64,000 nt of DNA from the human T2T-CHM13v2.0 reference genome, Homo sapiens. Both the position numbers and the translations under genes were made by a program. The notes below the pieces were generated by a model that was given only the letters and a program-made list of their open reading frames with translations, was not told the DNA's origin and made no database searches. The stretch is from NCBI RefSeq assembly GCF_009914755.1, contig NC_060931.1. One strand, written 5' to 3'. This document shows positions 13,185-28,450 of the stretch, piece after piece (within the stretch, counting starts at the first letter, position 1; each line of letters begins with the position of its first letter).

Positions 13185-13630
13185 ATTACAAAGTGGGATA
13201 TTTGTTATGAGTATGTGAGGATGGCTCAATTTTTAAAAATTCAGTGTAATCCACCACATCAACAGAATACAGAAATGAAATTACATAGTTATATTAAATT
13301 GAGGCAGAAAAAGCATTTGACAAAATTTGACAGCCATTCATGATTAAAAACTTCAGCAAACTTGGAATAGAGTAAACTTCCTCAGCTTGATAGAGAATAT
13401 CTGCAAAAACCTTCAGCCCTTATCATGCTTCATTATGAGAAGCTAGATAATTACCCCTAAAAATGAAAATGGGCAAGATGTCTTCTGTTACTATATCTAT
13501 GGAACATCATATGGTGATCTTAACTAGTGGAATAAGACAATAAAAATAAATAGAAGGTGTGAAGATAAGGAAAAGGACATAAAACTGTCTCTGTTTATAG
13601 AAGACATGTTTGACCATGAGGAAAATACCT
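13185..13630 (+). mobile_element. Old L1M ORF2 (RT region) fragment
   Basis: 'gcagaaaaagcatttgacaaaatt' (AEKAFDKI motif) and 'aaactgtctctgtttatagaagacatg' (degenerate LFADDM). Confidence 0.8.
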
Positions 13631-14029
13631 CCCAAATCAGATTTACGGGTATAGTAAAGAAACATAGACATGTAATTATATATGTATGTACTCACTTGGT
13701 GTTATTTCCCATCCTCAACATATATTGAGGAACTTATAATCAGGAAAAGTATTAATTGTTTTTCAATTTGAAACATGCCATATCTTCCCCTAATAATTTT
13801 AAATTTCTGATAGTATTTGGGCTTCCTGATTTTTAGCTTCTATTTTCCATTTTTTTTAATCTGGTAAACATCATGTTTAAAGAATTCTTTATATTTTGCC
13901 AATCTCAGGGCTTTACCTAACTAACTCATAGAAATTTTATTATTAGTCATCCATTGGAAAACACAACTATTCGGTTAGCGAGTCTGTTTTTGTTTTAAAA
14001 CTCTTATTTGTAAGAATAGTATCTAAAAG

Positions 14030-14130
14030 GTTTTAATAGCCTGTCATGTGCCAAGCATAGTACATGAATTATCTGTAACATATTTAGCCATAATTAACAC
14101 TACAGAAAAAATAATAATTCCCCATTTTAC
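14030..14130 (-). mobile_element. MIR fragment
   Basis: 'catgtgccaagcatagt...aattccccattttaca'. Confidence 0.5.
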
Positions 14131-14139
14131 AACTTATTT

Positions 14140-14365
14140 TATTTATCCATTAACACACACAAATATGCAGCACATACCATGTGACAAGTACTGGTCTACA
14201 TACTTTCTTACATTAGTGATCATAACGACAAAGTCCCAGTTTGAGTGAAGCTTATATTACACTTAGGGAGGAAAAATAGTATATAGACAAAAAACAACAT
14301 GTATAACAGAAATGTTGATTGTATAACATGTTAGAAGATAGTAAATATGTTCTAGGAAAAGGAAA
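14140..14365 (-). mobile_element. L2 fragment
   Basis: 'taccatgtgacaagtactggtcta...acgacaaagtcccagtttgagtgaagcttatatt'. Confidence 0.6.
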
Positions 14366-14572
14366 TTTGCAAATGTCAGTATGAGTGGATATGGGCACAG
14401 TAATTGTAGGAAATAGAAAACATTAAAATCAAAAATCAAAATCAGAACACATCGATGTTTCAGCATAAATAAAATTGATGATTAAGCTTTTAAAAAAACT
14501 TTACATATAGCTTTCAATATATCATATCACTAACCTCTTCCTTTATCAATAAATAAATGCCTTTATCTGACA

Positions 14573-14798
14573 GAAGTTTGTCCAACCTGTGGCCTGTGAG
14601 TCACAAGCAGCCCAGGACAGCTTTGAATCCAGCACAACACAAATTCATAAACCTTCTTAAAACATTATGAGATTTTTTTTGCAATTTTCTTTTTAGCTTA
14701 TCAGTTATCGTTAGTGTTCATGTGTTTTATGTGTGGTCCAGGACAATTCCTCTTCCAATGTGGCCCAGAGAAGCCAAAAGATTGGACACCCACCCCTG
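14573..14798 (-). mobile_element. MER30 hAT-Charlie DNA transposon
   Basis: 'ttgtccaacctgtggcctgtg...cttcttaaaacattatgagattttt...gaagccaaaagattggacacc...cctg' is the reverse complement of the MER30 consensus as I recall it. Confidence 0.9.
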
Positions 14799-14875
14799 AT
14801 AAAAGATCCGTATTTATTGGTTCCACACTCAGTACAAGATGTTGTTCTGTCACTCAAATTTAATATAAATAATAG

Positions 14876-15593
<718 letters not shown>

Positions 15594-16974
15594 TCTCTGC
15601 AGGGAAAGTATATTATAATTGTGGAGGTGCACATAAAACATAAAGAGGAACACATAAAATGCTTTTTGAATTATAATCATTCATATTTGCCCACTATTAT
15701 GATTTCATAATATCTTGGCTGTATTATTGACATATTCCTACTTTTTCTCTATGTACTAGTACTCTATCACATGATCAATTTACAGTAGAAAACCAGATAA
15801 TTCTTTCTAATACACATATTGCATCTATTCCATGCCTTCAATGAATTTCCCGTTGTTTAAACTATAGGTCAAGAAACTGTCCAATTGCTATACTTGTTTG
15901 GGAAGTTTTATACAAAATACAGATTTCTGTGATTAAGCATGTCTAGAGAGAAGCATATAAATCTTAATGAATTTTAGTACTTTCTAGCATGTAAATATAT
16001 TTTTTCTAATTATTGAAAAGATGATTGGTTAGGATTCAGACGAAAAAAAAAAAGTATACACTGTTCCCATTAAAGTAACTAGGAAGCCACTACAACCAAG
16101 AAGTTGCCAGAGGTGAATGCCTTCTCTGCCTCTACAGGTTCCAAAACCACGTCGGCTCTGATCACATGAACACAATGAGTTGCCGCAAGGCTAGTGACCA
16201 GATAGTTTCAATAGCCCAAAATGGTCAAAGTCCGCACTATCATAAGTACTCACATTAGCCATCAAAGTAATAATGCTATCAAATGTGATGTAGCCTTTAG
16301 AATACTCTACTGTACACCCATGAAATAATGAGTGTGTAAAGGGTTCAAATGTCTAAGAGTCCTTAGAATCAGGGCTCTCTAAGTATTCTGAAAACCATTG
16401 TCTTGGGGCAATAGTCATTTACAGAATTTGTAACTCTCCCTGAACTATCTAAGCTCAGATTATGAAATGTTACATAAATGGGAATCATAATTGTTAGTGT
16501 CTCGGGAATCAGGTTTGAACATTAATGCAGCAGTAACAAATGTAAGACTTTATTTTCAGGACAAAATAAACTATTTACCTGATTATGTTTCTATCTATTC
16601 ACATGATGGGTAGAACACATGACATCATCACTTTTAGATGAAAAACATTGAACATTAGAAATGGTTTGGTTTGCACTAAATAGGACATGAATAATATTCT
16701 GCTTTAATTTTAAAAATGCAAAAAAAAAAATGTATGTGTATCTTATTGTGCATTTCACTTTCAAAGTTAGGTACACCATACATCGCATACGGTATCCAAA
16801 TATATTTCAACCGTGATGAAAATTTAGTTATCATGTTTTTTTCTAAATGGAAATTTAGTCTTATTTTCATACCAGTATTATAAGTAGATTTCTGTTTTGG
16901 AGTTTGCAAAGCTAAAAAAATCTTTAGTTAAATATGGGAATAGTTCTGCCAACATTCAGTCTTGGAAATTATGG

Positions 16975-17140
16975 ACAGTGAGTTCTAATCCCGTTTTGCC
17001 AGTGACTCTTCTGTGGCATTGAACATGTCATTTTGCTTTTCTGTTTCAGTTCTGTCATCTGTGAAGCAGAGATAATATTGTTCATTTGAGCACATTGTTC
17101 CAGTCTGTATCCTCTGAATGACTTTGCAAAAGAAACTCTG
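16975..17140 (+). mobile_element. MIR fragment
   Basis: Core 'gttctaatcccgttttgccagtgact...tttcagttctgtcatctgtgaagcagagataata'. Confidence 0.65.
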
Positions 17141-18481
17141 CATATGAATTTGAATATATGCCAACAAAATTAGAACAAGTTATCTACTTCAAAAGTATGC
17201 AAAAACGAACCAATAGAAATCATTTTGGAAATGCACTATGTGCATTCCTAAATTGGAGCAAATTTATCATTCTAGGCAATCCACCTCCACATTTATAAAA
17301 ATATAAGAGATAATTGTTTTTCTCTTATTGTAGAAAAAAGTAAACTACCGAAGTACAATTTGTCTCTTTCTCTTTGGAAAGGTTATAATCGTATCACAAT
17401 CAACTATATCTGTTAATCAGATTTGGTGCTAGTTGTTCCCAATGACAAAAATAGAGCAGTATAAACATTTCTACCCTCTGTTTTGTTAAGTAATCAAATT
17501 TTTCAGCCTCAGACAATTTCAATATTACTAGTTAGAAACAACAACAACAAAGTTCCTGAATTCTCCAGAGGTAACAGTATCAATTTTACTCAGAAGTACT
17601 ACCCCAGACAGAGAAAAATAAATACGTAAGTCTGAGTTTTTGTTTGTTTGTTTCCCGTCCTTAACATTTATATCTTTAGTAGTCTTAGCCTTGTTTCTGC
17701 TACTCCAAAAATCATGATTGGTATCTTCAAGGTACAATTTTATCAGAAGGAATAGCATACTAATTATGATTGCAGGATCTGTAATAAAAAAATGTGGGTT
17801 TGAATTTATTTTCCCATTTACGAACTACATATTATTTCAAAAACTACCTATTGTAATGAATGTGTAATTGTAATAAATATTAAATAATGTGCTTGATTAT
17901 AGATAGATTAACATTTGCTTTATACAATTAAAGGAAATCTATTATTTTAGAAACATCCCTTTGAACGGATTGAACTCTGATTAACGTATAAATCTTAGAG
18001 TTGCATTATCTCACAGATAGATAAATTTAACTAAATTTGAGTTTAAAAATGTTTGGAGGAAAACAGATGAAAATTAATAGTGGTACTCACATTGAGAGGA
18101 TAGAATTTAGTATTTTAAATATTGTTTCCTTAGACTATTCTACATTTGCCAAATGTTCTATGATGAGTATGTCTAAATTCTACAGTGTTTTCTGTTCATC
18201 TTACATTAAGTTTTGTTACCTACTTGTTTTAGTTTCCTTATTAGTAAAACAACAAATAATATTACCTTGTTAGACTTTTGTAAAAATAAACAAGTAAAAT
18301 TTAAACAGAAGTAATAAACAATATTTTACCATTTTTTAAAATCTATTGAGACAGTTGTATCTCCAAGCCTTCTCCTACACAACTTATTCCATTTCAGGTT
18401 TGTATCTTTAATTCTTAACTATGAGGAAAGACTCTTGCAACTTTAGGACAAACATCAATATTTTAGTGACAGTGGCCTGGG

Positions 18482-18552
18482 GGCTGACCAGCTTATTTGG
18501 TTAGAACATTGTGTAGAGGATAAATGCTATGGGTTCGACTCATACATGGCAA
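18482..18552 (+). pseudogene. Degenerate tRNA-Ile-like sequence (MamSINE1-type head or tRNA pseudogene)
   Basis: ggctgaccAGCTtAtTTGGTTAGAaCaTtGTG...GGGTTCGAct aligns with tRNA-Ile(AAU) GGCCGGTTAGCTCAGTTGGTTAGAGCGTGGTG...GGGTTCGATC; A and B boxes at tRNA spacing; anticodon arm and acceptor stem are broken. Confidence 0.6.
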
Positions 18553-18645
18553 TTCATTTATTCATCCAAGAATCATTTACCAAGAATATCCTAAGTTTCT
18601 GTGCTAGGCAATGGCAAGAAAAATGAATTATAAAGTGTCCCTCTT
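18553..18645 (-). mobile_element. L2 3' end fragment
   Basis: 'ttcatttattcatccaagaatcattta...ctgtgctaggcaatgg' antisense L2 tail. Confidence 0.5.
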
Positions 18646-18669
18646 AGTAACATCTTAGCTAGTAAGACC

Positions 18670-18895
18670 AACTTGTTCAGCACCTGCAGATGTCATTTCA
18701 CTGTCTTCTGACTTTCATTGTTTCAGATTAGAAGTCATCTTTAATTCTGATCTTTTTTCCCCTGTATGTATGGAAACTTTCTTCTCTGGCCAATTTTAAG
18801 ATTTTTTTTCTTCCTCATGTTTTACGCAATTTTATTATAATATACCTTGGTGTGGTTTGTGTTTTCTCCTTGGGGTTTTTTGAGCTTCTTGAATA
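18670..18895 (-). mobile_element. Old L1ME ORF1 fragment
   Basis: 'catttcactgtcttctgactttcattgtttcagattagaagtca' and 'ttgagcttcttgaat'. Confidence 0.65.
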
Positions 18896-19424
18896 AAATC
18901 ACATGTAATGATTTTGTGATATCTCTCCCAGGAATAAGAATAAAAAAAAAATCAGCATCTTTTCTTTCAAAAATGCATTGGCTCTCATCCTTACTCCTGT
19001 TACTACCCAGTTAAGCCTCTTTAGTTTATTTTAAAAACTTTTTTGCTCATGGAAAGAGTAAGTAATTGCAGAAGTACTACAATGCTGTAGGTCATCACAG
19101 TGATATGAATCGCTGCTTGAAAGAACAATAACTCTGACATGGTTACTACTCTTCACCCACAGAATCAAATTTTCATAGCATGGCTGCATTTTGCTTAATA
19201 AAAATGTATATTAACTGAAGAAACACCAGTTTCCTTGAGGGTAATGAATATACTTAAAGTGCACCAGTGAGATTTATTCTGTGGAATGTATTCATTTCTG
19301 AAAATTTACTATCCAGTGGGTAAAGATGAAGCCTGGTTTCCACTCCTTGCAGAGAACAAATGTGATCATGGTTAGGGGGTAGAAAGAATGAGATGAGTGC
19401 CCACCTAAATAGCAGGAAGGCAGC

Positions 19425-19632
19425 AGAAAGCTGAGACTATAAGTTTGTCTCCATCTCCCAAACTGTGTAGCTATGGAAAAATTATTTAACACCTTGAAAT
19501 CTCAGTTACTTCACATATAAACTGAGACAATGACACCTAAGAGTATTGTAGAAATTAAGTAAGAACAGACTACTAATATGTAGTATATTACATGATGCAA
19601 AAAGTTCATGAAATTGTAGTTATTGTAATTAT
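19425..19632 (+). mobile_element. MIR
   Basis: 'ctgtgtagctatggaaaaattatttaacacc...tctcagttacttcacatataaactgagacaatgaca'. Confidence 0.65.
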
Positions 19633-20169
19633 ACTTGCTCTGACGATCAGAAAATCACAGGCCATCTCAAGAATATGACAAAGTAGTGAAACTATTTCAT
19701 CAGCCAGTAACTTTCATTTTTCAAAAATGTGTAGCTGCATTTTAACTTTCATTATATGCAGGTTATAATAAGAAAAAACAGAAAACATTTAGCTATGGAT
19801 TAAGTGTTCAGTAGGCCTAATTAAGAACCTTAATCTTTGGAATTCTGTGTTATTTACATGCTGCTATTTAGAATCTAAAGAATACCATTATAGATTGAGA
19901 ATGTTTTGTAGGCTCTCGATTATAGAAATTTCTCCTTTCTGTGGGTGCTTGCATAATTTAAATGCCTTCACATGTCCTGCAAGTTAATTTCTTTTATTTA
20001 GGATTATGGAACCACATGAAAAGAACAATTGAGAAAAATAGAGTAAGGTGTATTAAGCAAAGCTTTGCATAATAAAATAGCTTTACAACATATAAAGATT
20101 TTCTGGTCATATGCAGCACGCTGTGTTGTTTTTGATGAAAGGAATTCAGATCTTAACATATTCAAAGTA

Positions 20170-21330
<1,161 letters not shown>

Positions 21331-24300
21331 ATTTTGTATAGTTTTCTTTTGCTGTATAACAGATAAAATATACATTTCATATGTTTAAAGTATGAAAACA
21401 CATGAGCTTTAAAATATGTATACACTGTGAAATCATCACGAAAATGAAAAAAAATCCCTATCAAATAATACTTTCAAATATATAGGTAAAATCATATGAT
21501 ACCTAAAAATTCGTATGAAACACTGAGAAAAAATATTATGCATGAGACCAAATAAGAAAAAAGAATTCCAGAACGTTGGTAATTGTTGATATTCTTAATA
21601 AATACATGAAGATTCATAATATAATTTATTCTATGTGTCTTTCAACATCAATTTTAAAAAGTTGTTTTGTTTTGTTTTGTTTTTGTTTTTGTAAGGGAGG
21701 AGAGACAGAGGAAGGAAGTTGATATTAACAGTTAAAAAGAAATGATGGATAAGGCATTCAAAACACAGAGTGTGTATTATAAATAAGATTTTAAGAATAA
21801 ATGCCTAGATAGAAATGGACAGTTTTCAAAATCAATATTTCTTCAATTAGTTAATTCAACCCTAATCTTATTAATAAATTCTGAGAAAATCATCTTTTTA
21901 AACTCACCATCAAACGGCACCTCACAGTCAAATTTCCTTCTCTGACATATCCAGATTCTGAAACATCAGGCATGATTGTAATCTAAAGATCCTCAAATGA
22001 CCTGACTAGTCAGTAATATTCTGATTGCTATAGGCTTGCATTTCTCAGCTTGGCTTTTTTTCTTCATTATGTATATCTTTTTTATCATGCTGGCTATGTC
22101 CAGAATATCATAAATGAAAAACTGCCAAGATGAAGTGAAAGATACATTTCCTCTCTATTTTCTAGTTGCATTTTCCACCTCTTTGTGTATTTTCTTACAC
22201 ACATTTCTGTGTGTAAGAAATACAAACCTTTGCAACTTTTCCAGCTGAAGCAAAGATTTTTTCTCTTTAAAAATCTAAGCATATTTCCTCCAATATACAT
22301 TTCTACATGCTTGCTCTCCACTTGTCAGTGAAATGTGAAGTGACTATTATAACAATTATCTAAAAAATGTTTCAATATTTAAAATGGCATTTAATAATAG
22401 ACTTTTTTCAAATGTCTACAGTTCTGCTATAACATATTAAAATATAAATTATTAAAATGACAGAGTCTACTTAAATTGTTGTAGCATTTGATAACAATTT
22501 AATGTATGTTTGCTAATGAAAGAATAAATGTATTAAAAATAATCTGGTCAAATGTTCAAAAATAAGAGGGGCAGAGCAATATGGCCATATAGAAGTCTTC
22601 ATTGATTATCTCCCTAACAGGAACACCAACTTTAACAACTCTACTCAAAGAAGCACCTTCATAAGAACCAAAAATCAGGTGAACACTCGTGATAACTGAT
22701 TTTTGCTTTATATTGCTCAAAGAGGCACTGAAAAAGATGGAAAAGACAGTCTTGAATCACTGACGCCACCCCTTCCCCAACTGCCAAGATGGGGCCATGT
22801 GGTATGGAGACAGAATGTGTTCTTTGAGAGAGGGAGAGTGCAGCAATTGTGATACTTTGCATTGAACTCAGTGCTGCCCTGTCACAGTTGAAAGCAAAAC
22901 CCCACTGAACTCAGCCAATGCCCACCCACATAGAGAGCATTTAGACAAGCCCTAGCCAAAGGGAAACACCCCAATTCAGTGATTGAAACTTGAGTTCTGG
23001 CGAGCCTTACCACAGGCTAAAGTGCTTGAGAGCCCTCAATAACTCAAAACACCGTCTAGGCCACAAAGACTTTTAGATGAGTTCTAGTGCTGAGTTGGAC
23101 TCAGAGACAATGGACTTGGGGGCCATGCCACCTATTAAAACATCAGCTGGGGTGGTTGAGAGAGTGCTTGTATCACCCCCTTTCCAACCCCAACTGCACA
23201 GGTAAATTTCTAAGGATTTTTACTCCAGTCCCTGGTTCCTGGATGACATCTTTGGACTTTCCCAGGGCCTGGGGAACTCGCCACCTTGAAGGAAAGTCTA
23301 CAAGCCTGGCTGGATTGACCACCTGCTTATTGTAGAGCCCAAGGGACTTGGGCAAACATAGATTGTAGCCAGGTAGTGGTTACGGCAGGCCTTGGGTGAA
23401 ACCTAATGTTGGTCTTACCCAGTGCAGTACCAGTTGTAGTGGCCACAGGGGTATTTGTGTGACCCCATCCTCAGCTCCAGGTGGCTCAGCAGAGAGGGAG
23501 AGACTACATTTGTTTGGGAGAAAGTAAGAGAGGAAGACAAGAGTCTCTGCCTGGTAATCCAGAGAATTCTTCCAGATGTTATCTAAGACCACCAAGGAGG
23601 TACCTTTATAAGTCTGCAAGAACCACAGTGTTACTGAGCTTGGGGTTCCCCCTAATGCAAATAGCTTAAATCACAACACCCAAGTCTCTTTGAACACTCA
23701 GAAAGCATTCCCAAGAAGGATGGGTACAAACAAACCCTGACTCTGATGACTAAAATAAATACCTAGTTCTTCAGTGCCCAGACACACAGAGACATTTGCA
23801 AATATCATGATAGTGAGGAAAATATAACCTCAACAAATAAACTAAATAAGGAACCAGGGACCAATTCTGATGAAACAGAGATATGTAACCTTTCAGAGTT
23901 TAAAATACTTGTGTTGGGGAAACTCAAAGAAATTCAAGATAACAAAAAGAAGGAATTCAGAATTCTAGCAGATAAATTTAACAAAAAGATTTAAATAATT
24001 AAAAATTATTAAGCAGAAATTCTGGTTCTGAAAAATGCAAATAACATACTGAAGAATGCATTAGAGCCTCTTAACAAAATTGATCAAGCATACGAAAGAA
24101 AGTGAGCTTGAAGACAGGCTATCTGAAAATGCACAGAGGAGAAAAAACAAACAAACAAACAAAAAGAATAGAGCATGCCTACAGATTTGAAAAATAGCCT
24201 CAAAAACCTAAGATGTATTGGCCTTATAGAGAAGACAGAGATATAGGAGTAGAAAGTTCATTCTAGGGGATAAGGACAAACATAGAGAAAGGTATATTCC

Positions 24301-25221
24301 CAAATCTAGAGAAAGATATCAATATCCAAGTACAAGAAAGTTAGAGAACACCAAGCAGATTTAACCCAAAGAAGACTATCTCAAGGCATTTAATAATCAA
24401 ACTCCAAAAGATCAAGAACAAAGAAAGGATCCTAAAAGCAGCAAGAGAAAAGAAACAAAAAAACATACAATGAAGCTCCAATATGTTCAGCAGCCAACTT
24501 TTCAGTAGAAACCTTACAGGCCAGGAGAGAGAGGCATGACATATTTAAAGTGCTAAAGGAAAAACAAAAAACAAAAAACTTTTACCCTAGAATAGCACAT
24601 TCAGCAAAAATATTCTTCAAACATGAAGGAGAAAGAAATACTTTCCCAGAGAAATAAAAGCTGAGGGGTTTCATCAACACCAGAATTGCCCTGCAAGAAA
24701 TGCTAAAGGAGGTAGTTCAGTCAGAAACAAAAGGATGTTAATGAGCAATAAGAAGACATCTGAAGGTATAATACTCACTAGTAATTAGTAAGTAATAGAA
24801 TAGCACTGTCACTGTGGTGAGCAAACTTCTCATCTTAAGTAAAAAGACTAAATGATGAACCAATCAAAATTAATAATTATAACAACTTTATAAAACATGG
24901 ACAGTATAATAACGTATAAATAGAGAAAACAAAAAGTTAAGTTGGGGGACAAGGTTAAGGTGTAGAGTTTTTTTGTTTTGTTTTGCTTCTTTTTTTGTGT
25001 ACATAGTGTTGTTATTATCAGCATAAAATAATGGGTTATGAGATAGGATTTGCAAGCCTCCATAGTAACCTGAAATTGAAAAATGTACAATGGATACAGA
25101 AAATATAAAAAGCAAGAAATTAAATCATACCACCAAAGAAAATCGCATTAATTAAACAGAAGGCAGGAAGGAAGGAAAGAAGAAAGAGAAGACCAAAAAC
25201 AATGAGAAAACAAATAATAAA

Positions 25222-26149
25222 ATGGCAGGGTCAAGTCCTTATTTATCAATAATAACATTAAATATAAAATGGACTAAACTCTGCAATAAAAACACATAGG
25301 GTGGCTAAATGGATTGAAAAGTCAAACTCAATGACCTTTTGCCTACAAGAAACACACTACCTATTAAGACACATATAGACTAAAAATACAGGGATAGAAA
25401 AAGATATCTCATGCCAATTGAAACAAAAAAAGAGCAGGAGTAGCCATACTTATATTGGACAAAAGAGATTTCAAGACAAAAATGATAGTAAGAGACAAAG
25501 AAAGTCACTATATAATGATAAAGGGGTGAATTCAGTAAACGGATGTAAAAAATTTAAATATATATGCACCCAATACTGTAGCATCCAGAAATATAAAGCA
25601 ACTATTGTTAGAGCTAAAGGGGGTGATAGACCCCAGTACAGTAATAGCTGGAGACCTCAACACCCCACTTGGAGCACTGAACGTATCTTCCAGGCAGAAA
25701 ATCAACAAAGAATCATTGAATTTTGTCTGCATTATAGACCAAATGAACCTAATATATGTGTACAGAACAGTTCTTCCAATGGCTGCAGAATAAACATTCT
25801 TTTCCTCAGCACATGAATCCTTCTCAAGGATACCATATGTTAGGTCACAAAACAAGTCTTAAAACATTCAATATTTGAAATAATAACAAGCATCTTTTCT
25901 GAACACAATGGAGTAAAACTAGAAATCAATGACAAGAGGAATTTTGGAAACTATACAAACACATGAAAATTAAACAAAATGCTCCTGAATGACCAGTGGG
26001 TCAATGAAGAGATTAAGAAGAAAATTGAAAAATTTATTGAAACAAATGATAATGGAAACACAACATACCAAAACCTATGTGATATAGCCAAACAGTATTA
26101 AGAGGGAAGTTTATAGATATTATATACATATAGAAGACTATCTCAAGGC

Positions 26150-26223
<74 letters not shown>

Positions 26224-28450
26224 TTCAAGTAAACAACCTAATGATGTTGTCTTACAGAACTAGAAAAGTGAGAGCAAATCAATCCCAAAATTATTAGAAG
26301 AAAAGAAATAAAAATCAGAGCAGAAAGAAACTAAATTGAAATGAGGAAAGCAATACAAAAAATCAATGAATCATTTATTTTTATTTTTATTTATTTATTT
26401 TTTTTTATAAACCTAATTGAAAAGCCATTAACCAGACTAAAGAAAAAAAGAGAAAAGATTCAAATGAATAAAATCAGAGAGGAAAAAGGCACATTATAAC
26501 TGATATCACAGAATTTCAACGTATTATTAGTGGCTACTATAAGCAACTATATGTCAATAAATTGGAAAATCTAGAAGAAATATGTAAATTCCTAGACAAA
26601 CACCAAAATTGAACCATGAAGGAAAAAAAAAACCTGAAGAGACTAACAACAAGTAACAAGATGTAAGTGTAATAAAAAAGTCTTTCAGCAAATAAAAGCC
26701 CAGGACCTGAAGACTTCACTGCTAAGTTTTACCAACATTTAAAGGATAACTAGCATCAATCCTACTCAAACTATTGCAAAAAATAGACGGGGAGGAACTA
26801 CTTCCAAACTCAGTTTAAGTGGTCAATATTGCTCTGATAACAAAACCAAAATACATTTAGAAAACTACAGGCCAATATCACTGATAAATACTGATGCAAA
26901 AATCCGCAACAAAATACTAGCAAATCAAATCTAAATTTACAATAGCCACAAATACAATAAAATATCTAGGAATTAACTAAAGAAGTGAAAAATCTTTACA
27001 ATGAAAACTATAAAACATTGATGCAAGAAATTAAAGAGTATACAAAAATGGAAAGATTTTCCATGATCATGGACTAGAAGACTCAATACTGTTAAAATGA
27101 CCATTCTTCTCAAAGGAATGTACTGATTTATTTCAATCCTTATCAAAATATCAATGATATTCTTCAGATAAATAGAAAAAAGAACCTTAAAATTTATAGG
27201 CAACCCAAAAAGACACAGAGTAGCCAAAGCTATCCTATGCAAAAAGAACACAACTGGAAGAATCAAATTACCTGATTCCAAATTGTACTACAGAGTTATA
27301 GTAACAAAAACAGCATGGTATTAGCAAAAAATCAGACACATAGACCCATTGAAAATAATAGAGAACCCAGAAATAAGTTGATACATCTACAGTGAACTGA
27401 TTTTTGACAAAAAAGTGCCAAGAACATACATTGAGGAAAGGACAGTCGCTTCCATATACAGTGCTGGGAAAACTAGATATCTATATGCAGAAGAATGAAA
27501 GTAGACCACTATCTCCTGTCATATCCAAAATTCAAATAAAAATAAAGTCTCAAATCTAAGACATCAAACTATGAAACTATTATAAGAAAACAGTAGGGAC
27601 ACTCTTCAGGACATTGGATGGAGCAAAGATTTTGTGAGTAATAGCCCACAAGCACAAGCAACCAAAGCAAAACTAGACAAATGGGATCACATCAAGTTAA
27701 AAAGCTTCTTTGCAGCAAAGGAAACAATCAATGAAGTGAAGAGACAACACACAGAATGGGAGAAAATATCCACCCAGTACCAGTCTGACAAGGGATTAAT
27801 AACCAGAATATATAAGGAACTCAAACAACTCTATGGGAGAAAATTTAATAATATTAATAAAAAAATGGGTAAAAGATCTGATCTTTTTTCCAAAAGAAGA
27901 CATAGAAATGGCAAATGAGTACATGAAAAGTGCTCAACATCATTGATTATCAGAGAAATGCAAATCAAAGCTTCAATGAGATATCATCTCACCCCTGTTA
28001 AAAGGGCTTTTATCAAAAAGACAGGCAATAACAAATGCTGGTGAAGATGTGGAGAGAAGGGAACTCTTATACACTGTTGGCAGAAATGTAAATTAGTGCA
28101 GTTACTATGGAGAACAGTTTGGAAGTACATCAAAAAACTACAGATAAGGCTACCACTTGATCCAGTAATCTCACTTTCAGGTACACACCCAAAAGAGAGG
28201 AAATCAGTGTACTGAGGAGATACCTGCACTCCCATGTTTGTTGCAGCACTATTCACAATAAGCCAAGATTTGGATGCAACCTAACTATTCATTAGCAGAT
28301 GAATGCGTAAAGAAAATGTGGTACATATGCATGATGAACTTCTATTCAGCCATAACAAACAATGAGATCTTGTCATTTGCAACAACATGGATGGAACTGC
28401 AGGTCATTATGTTAAGTGAAATAAGCCAGGCACAGAAAGACAAACTTCAC
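25222..28450 (+). pseudogene. Disrupted L1 ORF2 (endonuclease to C-terminal); RT core deleted near 26931
   Basis: ORF fragments IAGDLNTPL (endonuclease), [32 protein letters not shown]; many stops and frameshifts. Confidence 0.85.
26150..26220. repeat. Compound (TA)n(GA)n microsatellite
   Basis: Seen directly. Confidence 0.95.

Noticed and set aside
16120-16260. Strong-looking splice acceptor (ccttctctgcctctacag, ending 16137)
   Set aside because: No convincing matching + strand donor or coding frame; isolated acceptors are common by chance.
18482-18552. Functional tRNA gene
   Set aside because: Acceptor stem and anticodon arm do not pair and there is no immediate oligo-T terminator; kept only as a relic.
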